Source: the human T2T-CHM13v2.0 reference genome, Homo sapiens
Assembly (NCBI RefSeq): GCF_009914755.1
Contig: NC_060929.1
Direction: 5' to 3' (one strand)
DNA length: 64,000 nucleotides
Shown in pieces: positions 1-11,740 of this stretch; within the stretch, counting starts at the first letter, position 1; each line of letters begins with the position of its first letter. Position numbers and translations under genes: made by a program. Below the pieces are notes generated by a model. That model was not told where the DNA came from. It searched no databases and saw only the letters and a list, made by a program, of their open reading frames with translations.

Positions 1-239
1 GTCTTGACTTCCACAGCTGGTCAATTTTGTCTTGGACAAAATTAGTAGTTCCCAGGAGCAAAGGATTCTGCAGAGATGCCTCAAAGGTAGCCAGACCCTG
101 CTTTAAGCAGAGGAACTCCACTTTTTTTATTTTTTATTTTATTTTATTTTATTTTTTTGCTATTTTACACACTAGAGTTTCTTGCAAGACTTTGTCTTAC
201 AATGATTACCCTATGAAAAAAAGTGAAAGCCATTTTTTA

Positions 240-888
240 GATGTTGTCCCAAATGCTTAGAATCATCTGGGAGATTTTTCACAATGTTCCACCCTGAGCT
301 CCAGATTCTGAAAATGGAGCTCAAAATTTGTACTATATTTGTTCAGTTTCTTTTGTGTTTCGGTGCATAATTAGGGTTGAGTGGCATTATTCTAGACCAA
401 TGGCATGTAATCCTGTCTACTCTTAGAATTATCTGGGAAGCTTTAATAAATACTGATGCCTGGGTGCTACCTCTGTGATTGTTACTTAACCTGAGTACAG
501 ATGTGTGTTTTTAAAATTTTATTTACTTATTTATTTTTTGAGACGAAGTCTTCACTCTGTTGCCCAGGCTGGAGTGCAATGGTGCAATCTTGGCTCACTG
601 CAACCTCCGCCTCCCGGGTTCAAGCAATTCTCCCTGCCTCAGCCTCCCAAGTAACTGGGATTACAGGCACCTGCCACCATGCCCAGCTAATTTTTGTATT
701 TTTAGTAGAAATGGAGTTTTACCATGTTGGCCAGGCTGGTCTGAAACTCCTGACCTCAAGAGATCCCCCTTCCTTGGCATCCCAAAGTGCTGGGATTACA
801 GGTGTGAGCCACCATGCCCGGCTGAGTACAAATGTTTTTAACAGCTCCATCAGTAACTCTGATGTGCATCCAGGGCTGAGAACCCTTA
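240..888. mobile_element. Two adjacent MER5-family (hAT-Charlie) relics, the second split by an Alu
   Basis: TTAGAAT(C/T)ATCTGGG motif occurs twice; the second copy resumes after the Alu with ...GATGTGCATCCAGGGCTGAGAACC. Confidence 0.65.
516..822 (-). mobile_element. Alu (AluS-type), full length
   Basis: Antisense Alu dimer with a (TTAT)n-degenerate tail; flanking duplication TGAGTACA(G/A)ATG...TTTTTA. Confidence 0.95.
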
Positions 889-3224
889 GTCAAGAGAATC
901 ACTGCATTCTGCCAAGTTCTACCAGTATGTGTATGAAAACAAGAAATCACAAGCATGCTACCTATACCTCCATCCTCTTATAAACATTTATTGAACATGT
1001 CATTTCCATTTTATAGCTACGTTTATGTAATGACACCATCGATTGGGTTGAATGACAGAGAAAAGGCAACTGATATAGTGGCAATATCACCAGCTTCTGC
1101 ACACTTATTTGTAAAGAATTTCTCACTGTTTATCTTGCCTATGACAATTCCAGATTATTGTTCAAGACCTTACCCTGCCACAAATCCTTTAGCCCTGCAC
1201 AAGCAGGTTAACTTCTCTAATCCTAATTTGGCTCATTCACAATTAGTTGATTAATATCAAAGGAAATTGCACACGTGATTCTAAGATTCTGTGATCATTT
1301 TCTTATTTCATAGAATATGATCTGATGGAAAATAAAAACCTAATTTATTTCAGGCTTATAAAGCATTATTTTTACTTTTATTTGATCTTCATGTTTAAAA
1401 AGGCCAGTGATTGATGACTTTGTTGTGTTCCCGTCTTCTTATAACACATCCCTGATCTGCAGAGGAATTATCAGAAGCTGAGATTTAAAACTGAGATCCT
1501 CTTACACCACAAATCTCACTGCCTGGCTGGGAACCCAGTGCTTTGGGAGCCTGAAGTGAAAATTTGCAAGTATACAAACAAGAACTTGCCCATGGTATTT
1601 AGCTTAAACCTTTACATACCCCCAGACAGCAGCAGAGCTGGTAGCAGATGGGAAATCATTCATTGGGTCATCATTTATGCATTCTGTTTTCCATTCAATC
1701 ATTCCACACACATATTCCAACATATACTAGGTACTGATTTCGGCACTAGGGTATGTGTTTGGAATGAGACAGATGCCATGTAGGCCTTCATGGAGCATTT
1801 CAGTTAGCCATAAGGAAGAATTCACTCAGTTTTTCAAATGGAATTCCACTGATGCCTAACGGCCATGAGTTCTCTAGGGGATTTTTAGATTTTATGTGTC
1901 CATTTTAATGATTATCTAAAAACCAAAAAAAAAAAATCATATTGTGAACCATCTGGAAGATATCCTAATAACCAAGGATGTGATTTTAGGGCCTGCATTT
2001 TGGTTTTCATTATGGCCACTTTGGCACCACATATTACTAATTTATTGCTATTGGCTGAGAAGAAAATAAATGGAGTAGGTCTTATTTGTAGGGAATGCAG
2101 TGTGTCTACATGACAGCCAAATGAAGTAAAAATAAGGGCTGTACCATTATCTGAATGGAGATAGGCAGTGGGGGTCCTGTTATCACATGGCTTATGACAG
2201 AGTAGAGATGCTGTGCTCAGGAGACCTTGTGCCAGAGACCTTGGTACCACATTCATATGATTTAGTTTAAGGCAAATCATCCTTTGTAGTACTTTGTTAT
2301 TTTCCAGTTTGAGTGATAGGCATTTTCTAGCTTTATTTATATTTAATTTTAAAATTTGTTTTGGTTTTAGAATTGGATAGAAGTGATATGTTTACCTACA
2401 TTTGTGTTGACAATTAGTAATTCTAGTATAAAGATAATTTGTGTCAACAGCAGGGACTTGGAAAACCTTCCTTATTCTAAAGGGCATCAACGTATTACTT
2501 TATAATATATTGACAAATCCTTTTCTAATTTCTCTCTCTCTACTGTGCTTAGCATTTAACTAGTTCATCCTCTCATTAGCCTACGAGCTAATGTTCACAT
2601 TTTACTTGACTTTGACCCTCCTTTATGTTTCTTAAATAAGTTGCCTGATAACGGTTAGAATTGCCTAACTCACAAAGACTAACTCAGGGGGTAGTTAGGT
2701 ATTTACTAGACTATCACTTGTTGAAGATTCCCAAATCAAGTGGGGTTCCAGCTGTGTGTCTGTAAGGACCCCCCTTTTAAATCTGAAATAGAGGAGCAGT
2801 CAAAGCTGCCACGGTTGCCACTGACTGGCAATACAGAATGATAGTGTTCAAAATTTTTTAACCACCCCCCCAAATAAATTGCCTGAATAATATTTTTATA
2901 TTACTAAGGTGAACTGCTGGGGTTACCTTATTTTCTTCAGTAATTCTAAATTTTTCCTTCGGTTTGGTAGATCTTTGAGCATCTCCCCCACAAAGATGTT
3001 GGAATTCTGAGTCATTTGGAAAATGGCCTCCTAGGAGTCCCTTTCCACCCATTATGTGTGTGACTGTGGCTGTATCAGTGCACATCAGAAGTCATGGCTG
3101 TGTTAAATGAGAAGCCTCAAGCTAGCATCCAGAGAAGTCACTTTTGTCCAGAGGAAACGGATTTTTAGAGTTGTCAGAGGGTATAAAAGTAGACAGCAGC
3201 CAGCCATATCTCTTCATCAGTTGA

Positions 3225-3275
3225 TTTTTTTTTTCCTTTATTTTTTTTCTCTTCTCTCAGCGGTTTAATGTGAGT
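3225..3275 (+). promoter_or_regulatory. Upstream polypyrimidine tract with alternative 3' splice site (CAG ending at 3260) and donor-like AAT|GTGAGT (3270)
   Basis: About 34 nt of almost pure pyrimidine ending CTCTCAG, then CGGTTTAAT and GTGAGT. Confidence 0.55.
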
Positions 3276-3302
3276 GCTTCTCTCTTGCCTCGTTTATTTC
3301 AG

Positions 3303-3491
3303 ATGCCTCAGGAGCAGTACACTCACCACCGGAGCACCATGCCTGGCTCTGTGGGGCCACAGGTATACAAGGTGGGGATTTACGGCTGGCGGAAACGATG
3401 CCTGTATTTCTTTGTCCTGCTCCTCATGATTTTAATACTGGTGAACTTGGCCATGACCATCTGGATTCTCAAAGTCATGAACTTCACAATT
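3303..3491 (+). CDS. SGCD: Delta-sarcoglycan coding exon (exon 3 in usual numbering): cytoplasmic N-terminus, transmembrane helix and N-glycosylation sequon
   Basis: Translates as [63 protein letters not shown], the recognisable delta-sarcoglycan N-terminus ([14 protein letters not shown] motif, hydrophobic TM segment, NFT sequon at 3480-3488). Acceptor is ...tttatttcAG (3301-3302) and donor is ATT|GTAAGT (3492). Length is 189 nt, phase 0/0. Confidence 0.97.
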
Positions 3492-4358
3492 GTAAGTAAA
3501 ACCATCTAGGTTTGTTTAGCTTTCTTCCGGGAGGGGAAGCGTGGGGCAAGATGATGAAGGAATGTGGAAAAGTGATGTTATTACAGTAGGACTCAAAAAA
3601 TCTGTAACCTCGTGTTTTGGTGAAAGAGCATTTCTGTTCAGATTGAATATGGATATTGACTTCTATCTAATCTCAGTTCTTCAGGGGCTAATACTCCAAC
3701 TTAAAGATATTTCCCTCCTTTAGAATCTCCTGTATGTTATCCCTCCATTTTGATAACTGTTTCTGTAGCCTGTAGCTTTCAAGCACTTTGATTAAATAAT
3801 TAAGCAATAGAGAATAAATTCAAAGTATTAAGTTTTCAGCAAGTGTAGTGATTATAAAAGGTTTTTTGAAGTAGAGAGTTGAAACATTTGAGTAAAATTA
3901 TACTGTGAGCATTATCTATCTAAAAATTTTAACTATTTATGCTTGATTATCCATCACTCTGGTTAGTTAAGAATATCCTGGGTTTTTCGGAGGACGATCC
4001 TCTTTGCCACTAGTCTGGGTAAGATGGAAATTAGAGGAATGTAGCTGTGTTTCATTTTTTTTTTTAAGAATTGATGTTTATGTTTCTTCAATGAAACTTT
4101 TGCTATTGGTGTTTGGGGTCCCTGTACAGACTGGACATTTACTGTTGTAGTTCAAATGAAAAGAAAATCCTGAAAAATGACTTTTGGAGTTATTTAGAGG
4201 TTTTATACCTAGAAATTCTGATCTATACTAGTAATGTAAGTAGTCTAGCTCATTAATGAGGAAATACTGGGCAGCAGTCTGCTGTATTGAGCATAATTTC
4301 CTTTCTTGTTCTGATGTCAAAAGTGAGTAATATAGATTGGCAATAAAAATAACTCCTA

Positions 4359-4548
4359 GGTCAGGCACATTGGCTCATGCTTAAATTCCAGGACTTTGGG
4401 AGGCTGAGTTGGGAGGATCACTTGAGTCCAGGAGTTCAAGATCAGCCTGGGAAACATAGCAAGACCCGATCTTTGCAACCAAGCAAACAAACAAAAACCA
4501 AAAAACAAATAACAAACCAAGAAACAAACCAAATAACAAATACCAAAA
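4359..4548 (+). mobile_element. FLAM / Alu left monomer with (CAAA)n-like A-rich tail
   Basis: GGTCAGGCACATTGGCTCATGC...GGATCACTTGAGTCCAGGAGTTCAAGATCAGCCTGGG; only one monomer is present. Confidence 0.85.
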
Positions 4549-5096
4549 CCCTCTTGTTTGATAAATAAACATGACCTTTACAAAGTAACAGTAAAATTTT
4601 CATGTGACAATCCCAAATATCATAGTGGATATTTGCATTTTCTAAATTACAAAGTTCATTTTTATCCTTGACATCCTATGCATAGTCACACTTTCTTGCC
4701 TTTGCTTGTACATTTTCTTCTGCTTGGAGTGCTTTTCTCTGTCTTCCCTGTCTGGTAAAACTTGTCTTGCTACTCCTGTAGTTCCATTTATGTATCTCTT
4801 ATTATATTTACCACTCCAGATAATAATTTTTACATGTATTTCCCAGACAAACTGAACTTTGAGAAAGGCAAAGGCTGCATCTTTTCTGTGAATGGCTTTG
4901 TCCATCACTCATGCTAGGGCTTCTTGGTGCTTGACTTAATTAGCACTCTATAAACCAAGGTTACAGATACTGCTTCAGGCCTCAGAATGGCTCACTTTTT
5001 AATATTTGTGGTAACAGGAAACCATAAAAACAAAAATATTACCTTGATGTTACAAATTTCTATCTTGAGAAAATAATTCAGTTCTTTCTAAAAAAA

Positions 5097-5413
5097 TTTT
5101 TCTTTCTTTATATATGTATTTATTTATGTATAGGCAGGGTCTCACTTTTTCACGGAGGCTGTAGGACAGTGGTACGATCATAGCTCACTGCAGCCATGGA
5201 CTCCTGGGCTCAAGCAATCCTCCCATTTCAATCCCTCAAGTAGATAGAACTAGAGACACACACCATCATGCTTGACTAATTTTTAAATTGTTTGTAGAGA
5301 TGGGTGTCTCACTGTGTGGCCCAAGCTGGTCTCAAACTCCTGACCTCAAGCAGTTCTCCTACCTCAGCCTCTGACAGTGCTGGGATTAGAAGCATGAGAC
5401 ATCACATCCAGCT
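5097..5413 (-). mobile_element. AluJ-type element
   Basis: Diverged antisense Alu with J-type ATCATAGCTCACTGCAGCC...CTCCTGGGCTCAAGC; TTCAGTTCTTT on both flanks. Confidence 0.9.
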
Positions 5414-5532
5414 AAGAGTTCAGTTCTTTTGAAAAATGCAGAAAATCTATATTGCAGTAGTAACTTTGGAAGATTATATGGTCAGTTTCCATGGGGTTGT
5501 AGGCATCCAAGGTAATAGTTCTAGAGTATTAG

Positions 5533-5911
<379 letters not shown>

Positions 5912-7055
5912 TGGACTTTACTTTCTTTAAAGACAAGCAGAATTCAGAGAAATGTTTAAGCAGGAGAGCAAGATATAATCAGATTTACATTCTAGAGAGC
6001 TTGCCTAGGTGATGAAGCAATAGAATGGGGAAAGTTTGTTAGAGCTGAGGGCTCTGGAGGATGCCTTGGGTCCATTTGGCCTTAAGTCCCAGTGACCACA
6101 ATTGCCATCTGTCGATGTGCATGTTCTGTGATGTTGTTAATTTGTATTTCAAAAACTTATAAATTAGTAAAACTTCTCTGTTGCAATATTAAACAGGAGA
6201 ATACTGAAGCTAGGGCAGTAGTATGGACCTTGCATTTAAAGACATTTAAAAGATGGAATTGATATACCTTGACTTCTGGTTGGATGTAGGGTTGAGGGAT
6301 CAGAAGACATTTTGGAAGATTTCTGGTTTTAGGATGGTGAGATGGCTGGGTGGTGGGGCCTAAAAAGCAAAATAGAATTTATTACTTTTCCACTAGAACT
6401 TGGCTAGTACTCATGTATACCTTTAGTCCCCTATTTGAAGCTATCCTCTTAATCCCTTATTTTTGTGATTTTTACCAAGACTGTCACAAATTTAATTTGT
6501 AGAACCTGTAAGATTTAGGGGTAGAGGAAGTGGAAAATATGAGCTGAAACTTTGATAACTGTGATATTATACCAATACTGCTTCTAGAATATGTTTTATC
6601 TGGAAGGCTTAATAGAAGTATATGTAAATGTATATTGAGTACCACTTATATGACATTAAGGTAATAATCTATATGAAATCGGCTCTTTCCTGCAGTTAAC
6701 TAAATTGATTGCCAAAATTGAGAGTCCTTAAAGCTTTACCAAACTTACTGAGATAAGAATAATGCTGTTATTAGGCATAATTGGTACTTTATAGCCAATA
6801 ACGCATTTGAGCAAATAGAACTGAAGTGTTAGAAAATTGGTCTTGCCCTGCAAGTTAAAAGCATATTTTCCATCAATCACGGTATAAAGGATATTCTTTT
6901 AGAATTATAATTCTCTTGCACAAATAAAAATTTACTGACAGTGGAGATCGTGGGGAAAGAATGAGGTATTAAGCACTGTTACGTTGGAGAAAGAGAAAAA
7001 AATCAATGAGATGGCAGTAAAGCAGTTTATGCAGAGATTTAAAAATATATGTAGG

Positions 7056-9057
7056 GGAAGTCCTAGCCAGAGCAATCAAGAAAGAGAAAGAAATAAAGGG
7101 CATCGAAATTGGGAAAGAGGAAGTCAAACTGTCTCTGTTTGCCGATTACATGAGCATATACCTAGAAAACTCTAAAGGCTCCTCCAAAAGACTCCTAGAT
7201 CTGATAAACTAAATTCAGTAAAGTCTCAGGTTACAAAATCAATGTACACAAATGAGCAGCACTGCTATATACCAACAATGGCCAAGCTGAGAAATTAAGC
7301 ACTCAATCTCTTTTATAATAGCTACAAAAATTTTAAATACCTAGGAAGATACTTAAGCAAGGAGGTAAAAGATCTCTACAAGGAGAAATACAAAACACTA
7401 CTAAAAGAAATCGTGGAAGACACAAACAAATGGAAAACCATCCCATGCTCATGAATTGAATGACTCATTATCATGAAAATGACCATAGTGCCCAAAGCAA
7501 TCTACAGAGTCAATGTACTTCCTATCAAAATATCAATGTCGTTTTTCACAGAATTAGAAAAAACATTTCTAAAATTCATATGGAACCAAAAAGAGTCCAA
7601 ATGGCCAAAGTAATTCTAAGCAAAAAGATCAAATCTGAAGGCATCACATTACCGGACTTCAAATTATACTACAAGGCTATAGTAACCAAAACAGCATAAT
7701 ACTGCTATAAAAGTAGACACATTGACCAATGGAACCGAAGAGAGAACCGAGAAATAAAACCTAATATTTAAAATCAGCTGATCTTTTACAAAGTATACAA
7801 AAACATAAATTGAAGAAAGGACACTCTAATAAGTGATGCTGGGAAAATTGGATAGCTACACGAAGAATAATGAAACTGGATCCTTGTCTCTCACTGTATT
7901 GAAAAAGTTAACTCAAGATGGATGAAAGACTTAAAGACCTGAAAACTTCTAGAACATAAAAATTCTAGAAAGAAAAACCTAGGAAAAGCACTTCTGGATG
8001 TTGGCCTAGGCAAATAATTTATGACTAAGACCACAAAAACAAATGGAACAAAAACAAAAATAAATAAATGGAACTTAATTAAACTAAAAAGCTTCCGCAC
8101 AGTAGAAGAAATAGTAATCAGAATTAACAACCTATGAAGTGGGAGAAAAAATTTGCAATTATGCATCTGACAAAACGACTAATATTCAGAATCGATAAGG
8201 AACTCTAAACAAGAAAAAAAAACAGGTGATCTCATTAAAAAGTGGGCAAATGGCATGAATAGAAATTTCTCAAAAGAATTGATATAAATGGCCAAGAAAC
8301 ATAAAAAAAGTACAACAGATCTAATCATTAGAGAAATGCAAATTAAAACCACAATGAGATACCACCTTACCCAAAGCAGAATGGCTATTAATAAAAATTA
8401 AAAAAAATAGATGTTGGTTTGGATGTGGTGAAGAAGGAATATTTATATACTGCTGATGGGAATGTAAATTAGTACAATGTCTATAGAAAACAGTTTGGAG
8501 ATTTTTCAAAGACATCAAAGTAGACCTACCATTTGATCCAGTAATCTCACTGCTGGGTAACTACCCAAAAGAAAAAAGTCATTATGTCAAAAAGAGACCT
8601 GCATATGTATATTTTTTTTGCAGCACATTTCACAACTGCAAAGATATGGAACCAACCTAAGTCCCCATGAACAGGTGAGTGGATAAGGAAAATGTGATAT
8701 ACATACACCATCAGCCATAAAAAAGAATGAAATAATGGCTTTTACAGCAAGTTGTATGGAACCAGAGGCCATTTTTCTAAGTGATGTGACTCAGGAATCA
8801 AAAATCTGATACCACATGTTCTTTTTGATAAGTGGGAGCTAAGCTAAGGGTATGCACAGGCATATAGAGTGGTATAATGGACATTGGAGACTCAGAAGAG
8901 GAGAGGGTGGGAAGGGGATGATGAAGGATGAAAAACTACCTGTTGGGTAGAGTATACAGTACTCGGTGGTGGGTACACTAAAATTCCAGAGGTTACCACT
9001 ATATTATTGATCCATGTAACCAAAAACCACTTGTATCTCTAAAGCTATTGAGGAAAA

Positions 9058-9061
<4 letters not shown>
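7056..9061 (+). mobile_element. 5'-truncated L1 (L1PB-like): decayed ORF2 RT and C-terminal region plus 3' UTR
   Basis: Starts GGAAGTCCTAGCCAGAGCAATC. The RT motif reads LSLFADYM at 7129-7152 (FADD degraded to FADY), and there are many frameshifts and stops. 3' end is CATGTAACCAAAAACCACTTGTA. Confidence 0.92.
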
Positions 9062-9062
<1 letters not shown>

Positions 9063-9106
<44 letters not shown>

Positions 9107-9123
9107 CACACATATACCCACAC
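9063..9123. repeat. (TA)18 microsatellite followed by short (CA)n
   Basis: Directly visible at 9063-9098, then TGTACACACACAC. Confidence 0.97.
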
Positions 9124-9589
9124 ATTTATGTAGGAAAGAGTGATTATTTTGTATGTTTGGTTTGTTCAACAATTTGAGATTTGGGAAAGCTCACACTGTA
9201 ATCAAACCCCCTGTGTAATGACGAACTATAAGAACGATGTCATCTGAAAGTGTTTGTGAAACCTTGGTGATCTATCCAAGATTGAAAATCTGGAATTTTA
9301 CTTTTTTTGTCAGTCTTGCATTCTGTGCTATCGCCAAGGATACATGCTGGAAGAGCCTTTCCAGTAAAGCAATCTGGACAAGCATCTTACCAAGTTTTCT
9401 TTGTCTCAGAGGTAAATCAGAAGAAAAGTTATTTTGCTTTCTTCTGCTCTTAGCAGAATATTCCAGTATTCATTACTGGCAGGAGATTGAGACTACATAT
9501 TTCATTTTCCCCATACATTGGAGAGTGTGTGTTTTACCTACACTGTAAACACCCACAAATAGACCTTAGTTTATCACACATTGTGCTTA

Positions 9590-10438
9590 TACAAACGAGC
9601 TAATATTTATTAAATGTCTCTTCTGTGCTACTCACTGTACATGGCCCTTAAAATCTTTTAACTTTCATAACTCTACAAATTTAATATTGTTATTCCCACT
9701 GAAAACCCAAGGCTCAGAGAAGTTGAGTGACTTGCTGAAAGACAGCTAGTAAGTAAAACGCTGGTGTTTGACTTCCTGTCTCAACCTTTCCACTACACTT
9801 TACCTCCTCCTCCAAATTGCAATAATGATCTGGCTCTTCAACAGAATTCTGAAGCTGGAAAAATAGCTTGTTATCTTTGCCAACCCTGTGTCATAGGTCA
9901 CTTTCATCTGAGGTATCCAGTGACGTTTTATGTTTAGAGTAGTTCCCTGGTAGTTCCGAATGTTTGGTTTTTATCTAATTTCTCTTTGCTGTGTAGCTGA
10001 GGACCTTCTCCTTGCATTGTTCCCACCTTGTGTTTTGTCCATTTGATGTGTTAACATAAGCATTTAGTATAAACTTAATATCTACCCATAGGTTGGTGGA
10101 AGACCCAGTGAGTTAATTCATGTGAAGCATTATTAGCAGAATCTGACACATAGGAAGAGTCAGTGTTGACAACAGAAAGTCATGAGAGACCCTTCATGAC
10201 AGTATAGTAGTTCAGGGCTCAAACTCTGGAGACAGATGTTCTAAGTAAAAATCTGGATTCTGTCTCTTACTATGTGATTTTTGATAAGTTTCTCAACCTC
10301 CCTGTGCTGCCATTTCCTAGGAGTAATGACAATACCTACCTCCTAGGATTGTTGTAAAGATTAGAGGAGGTGATAAATGCATTGTTTAGTGCTTGGCACA
10401 TAGTAAACACTTTATAGAAGTGTTTGCTATCGTCGTAG

Positions 10439-10478
<40 letters not shown>

Positions 10479-11740
10479 TTACTGCAGGCTTATTCTCTGC
10501 CAGGCACTACACTGTCGCAGTTACAGTTTGCAAATATTATCTAACTTAATCATTATCCAGGCTGCTACTATTTGGATACCAATTTTACAAGGGAGGGAGT
10601 GGCTCAATAACTTGAGATCAAACAGCTATAAAGCCTCAGAGTAGAGATTCGAACCCAAGCAGTCTGACTATGGATCCTGGTCTGTTGGCTAGTTTGTCAT
10701 ATTGTGGGGCAGTGCATAATGCCATGAGTGTCAGAAACTGGATTCCCAGCCCTAACTGGCCATGAACTACATTGCCTTTCTCTTCTGGAACCCAGTATAC
10801 CACTAAATGCATTGGACTAGATGTCATCTCGGGCATCTTCCTGTTTGCACACTGATTTTTGTCATTTTATATTTCCCTAGGCTGTATGAAGTCTCATTCT
10901 AATAGAGAGCTGTTACTTTTGCTAGTGCATTCTACCAGCCCAATCAGAATAACCTGGCCTCAAAGACCTTCCAAAATACTGTAGTATTGGTCATGTAGAC
11001 AATCATTTAGCACAAGTGGTTATTAAGTGACAAAACTACAAAAGGCTTAGGAGTCATCAGTGGATGGCATGATATCTTATCCCAGTACTTGTAAAATTAG
11101 ATGAAATAGGAACCTTAGGAGTTACCTCATCAGACATCCTTATTCTACAGATGTTGGAACCAAAGTAGATAGCAAAGTTTTCTGACCAGCTTGAGCACCC
11201 CAGCTGCTCTGGAAACTTCTCTCAGTAGCAGGGATTATTCTCTATACATTTTTGTAGCCCTGCTCAATGCCTGCTATTCAGTAGGCTTTCAACATGTGTT
11301 AACTGTAGATTGCCTTTTGCAGACCACACAAAGGAGATAATGGATATCAAGTATCTGATCATGTTGCTGACATGGTAGGACCTCAGTAAATGATAGCTAC
11401 CTATACCTGTAGTATATAGATCTCCTGATTTCTATTTTAGTTTCTATTCGTTAACATTACAAAATCCAAACTGTTGTCACTTGTGATCATGTAAGAAATG
11501 AATTTCCATTTATTTCATAAAAACTCATACAGGATTAACTTTATAAGGTTTTCACATGATGCACATAAGAACCCTATGAGCTAAGCACCCTTGTTATCCA
11601 CATTTGACAGAGGAGGAAGTGGAGGCTCCAAGAAGTGCAGTAACTTGCCCAAGGTCACACAGTCAGTGAATGATGAAACTGGGATGGGTTGCAGGGAGTC
11701 TGGCTCTACAGTCACTGCTCTTCTTCAGTACACAATGCTG
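9590..11740. mobile_element. Cluster of MIR fragments in both orientations (~9600-9790 -, ~10200-10430 +, ~10480-10700 -, ~11560-11720 -)
   Basis: MIR core motifs such as GGCTCAGAGAAGTTGAGTGACTTGC, GTGCTTGGCACATAGTAAACACT and TAACTTGCCCAAGGTCACACAG. Confidence 0.75.
10441..10476. repeat. (ATC)12 trinucleotide microsatellite
   Basis: Directly visible. Confidence 0.97.

Noticed and set aside
501-983. 160-aa ORF and similar ORFs at 560-841, 19129-19317, 21256-21642, 26912-27157 and 62807-63175
   Set aside because: These are translations of Alu sequence ([23 protein letters not shown]), a well-known artefact.
2815-2831. Palindrome TTGCCA-CTGAC-TGGCAA as an NFI or RFX site
   Set aside because: The half-site orientation is opposite to the NFI consensus and the spacer is too long for RFX; 6-bp arms occur by chance.
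3270-3509. 79-aa ORF as a single-exon gene
   Set aside because: It is the SGCD exon plus intronic flanks. The apparent start is a GTG and splice sites delimit 3303-3491.
7056-9061. Reverse-transcriptase-like coding sequence as an active or novel RT system
   Set aside because: It is a truncated L1 ORF2 with frameshifts, stops and the catalytic FADD motif degraded to FADY.
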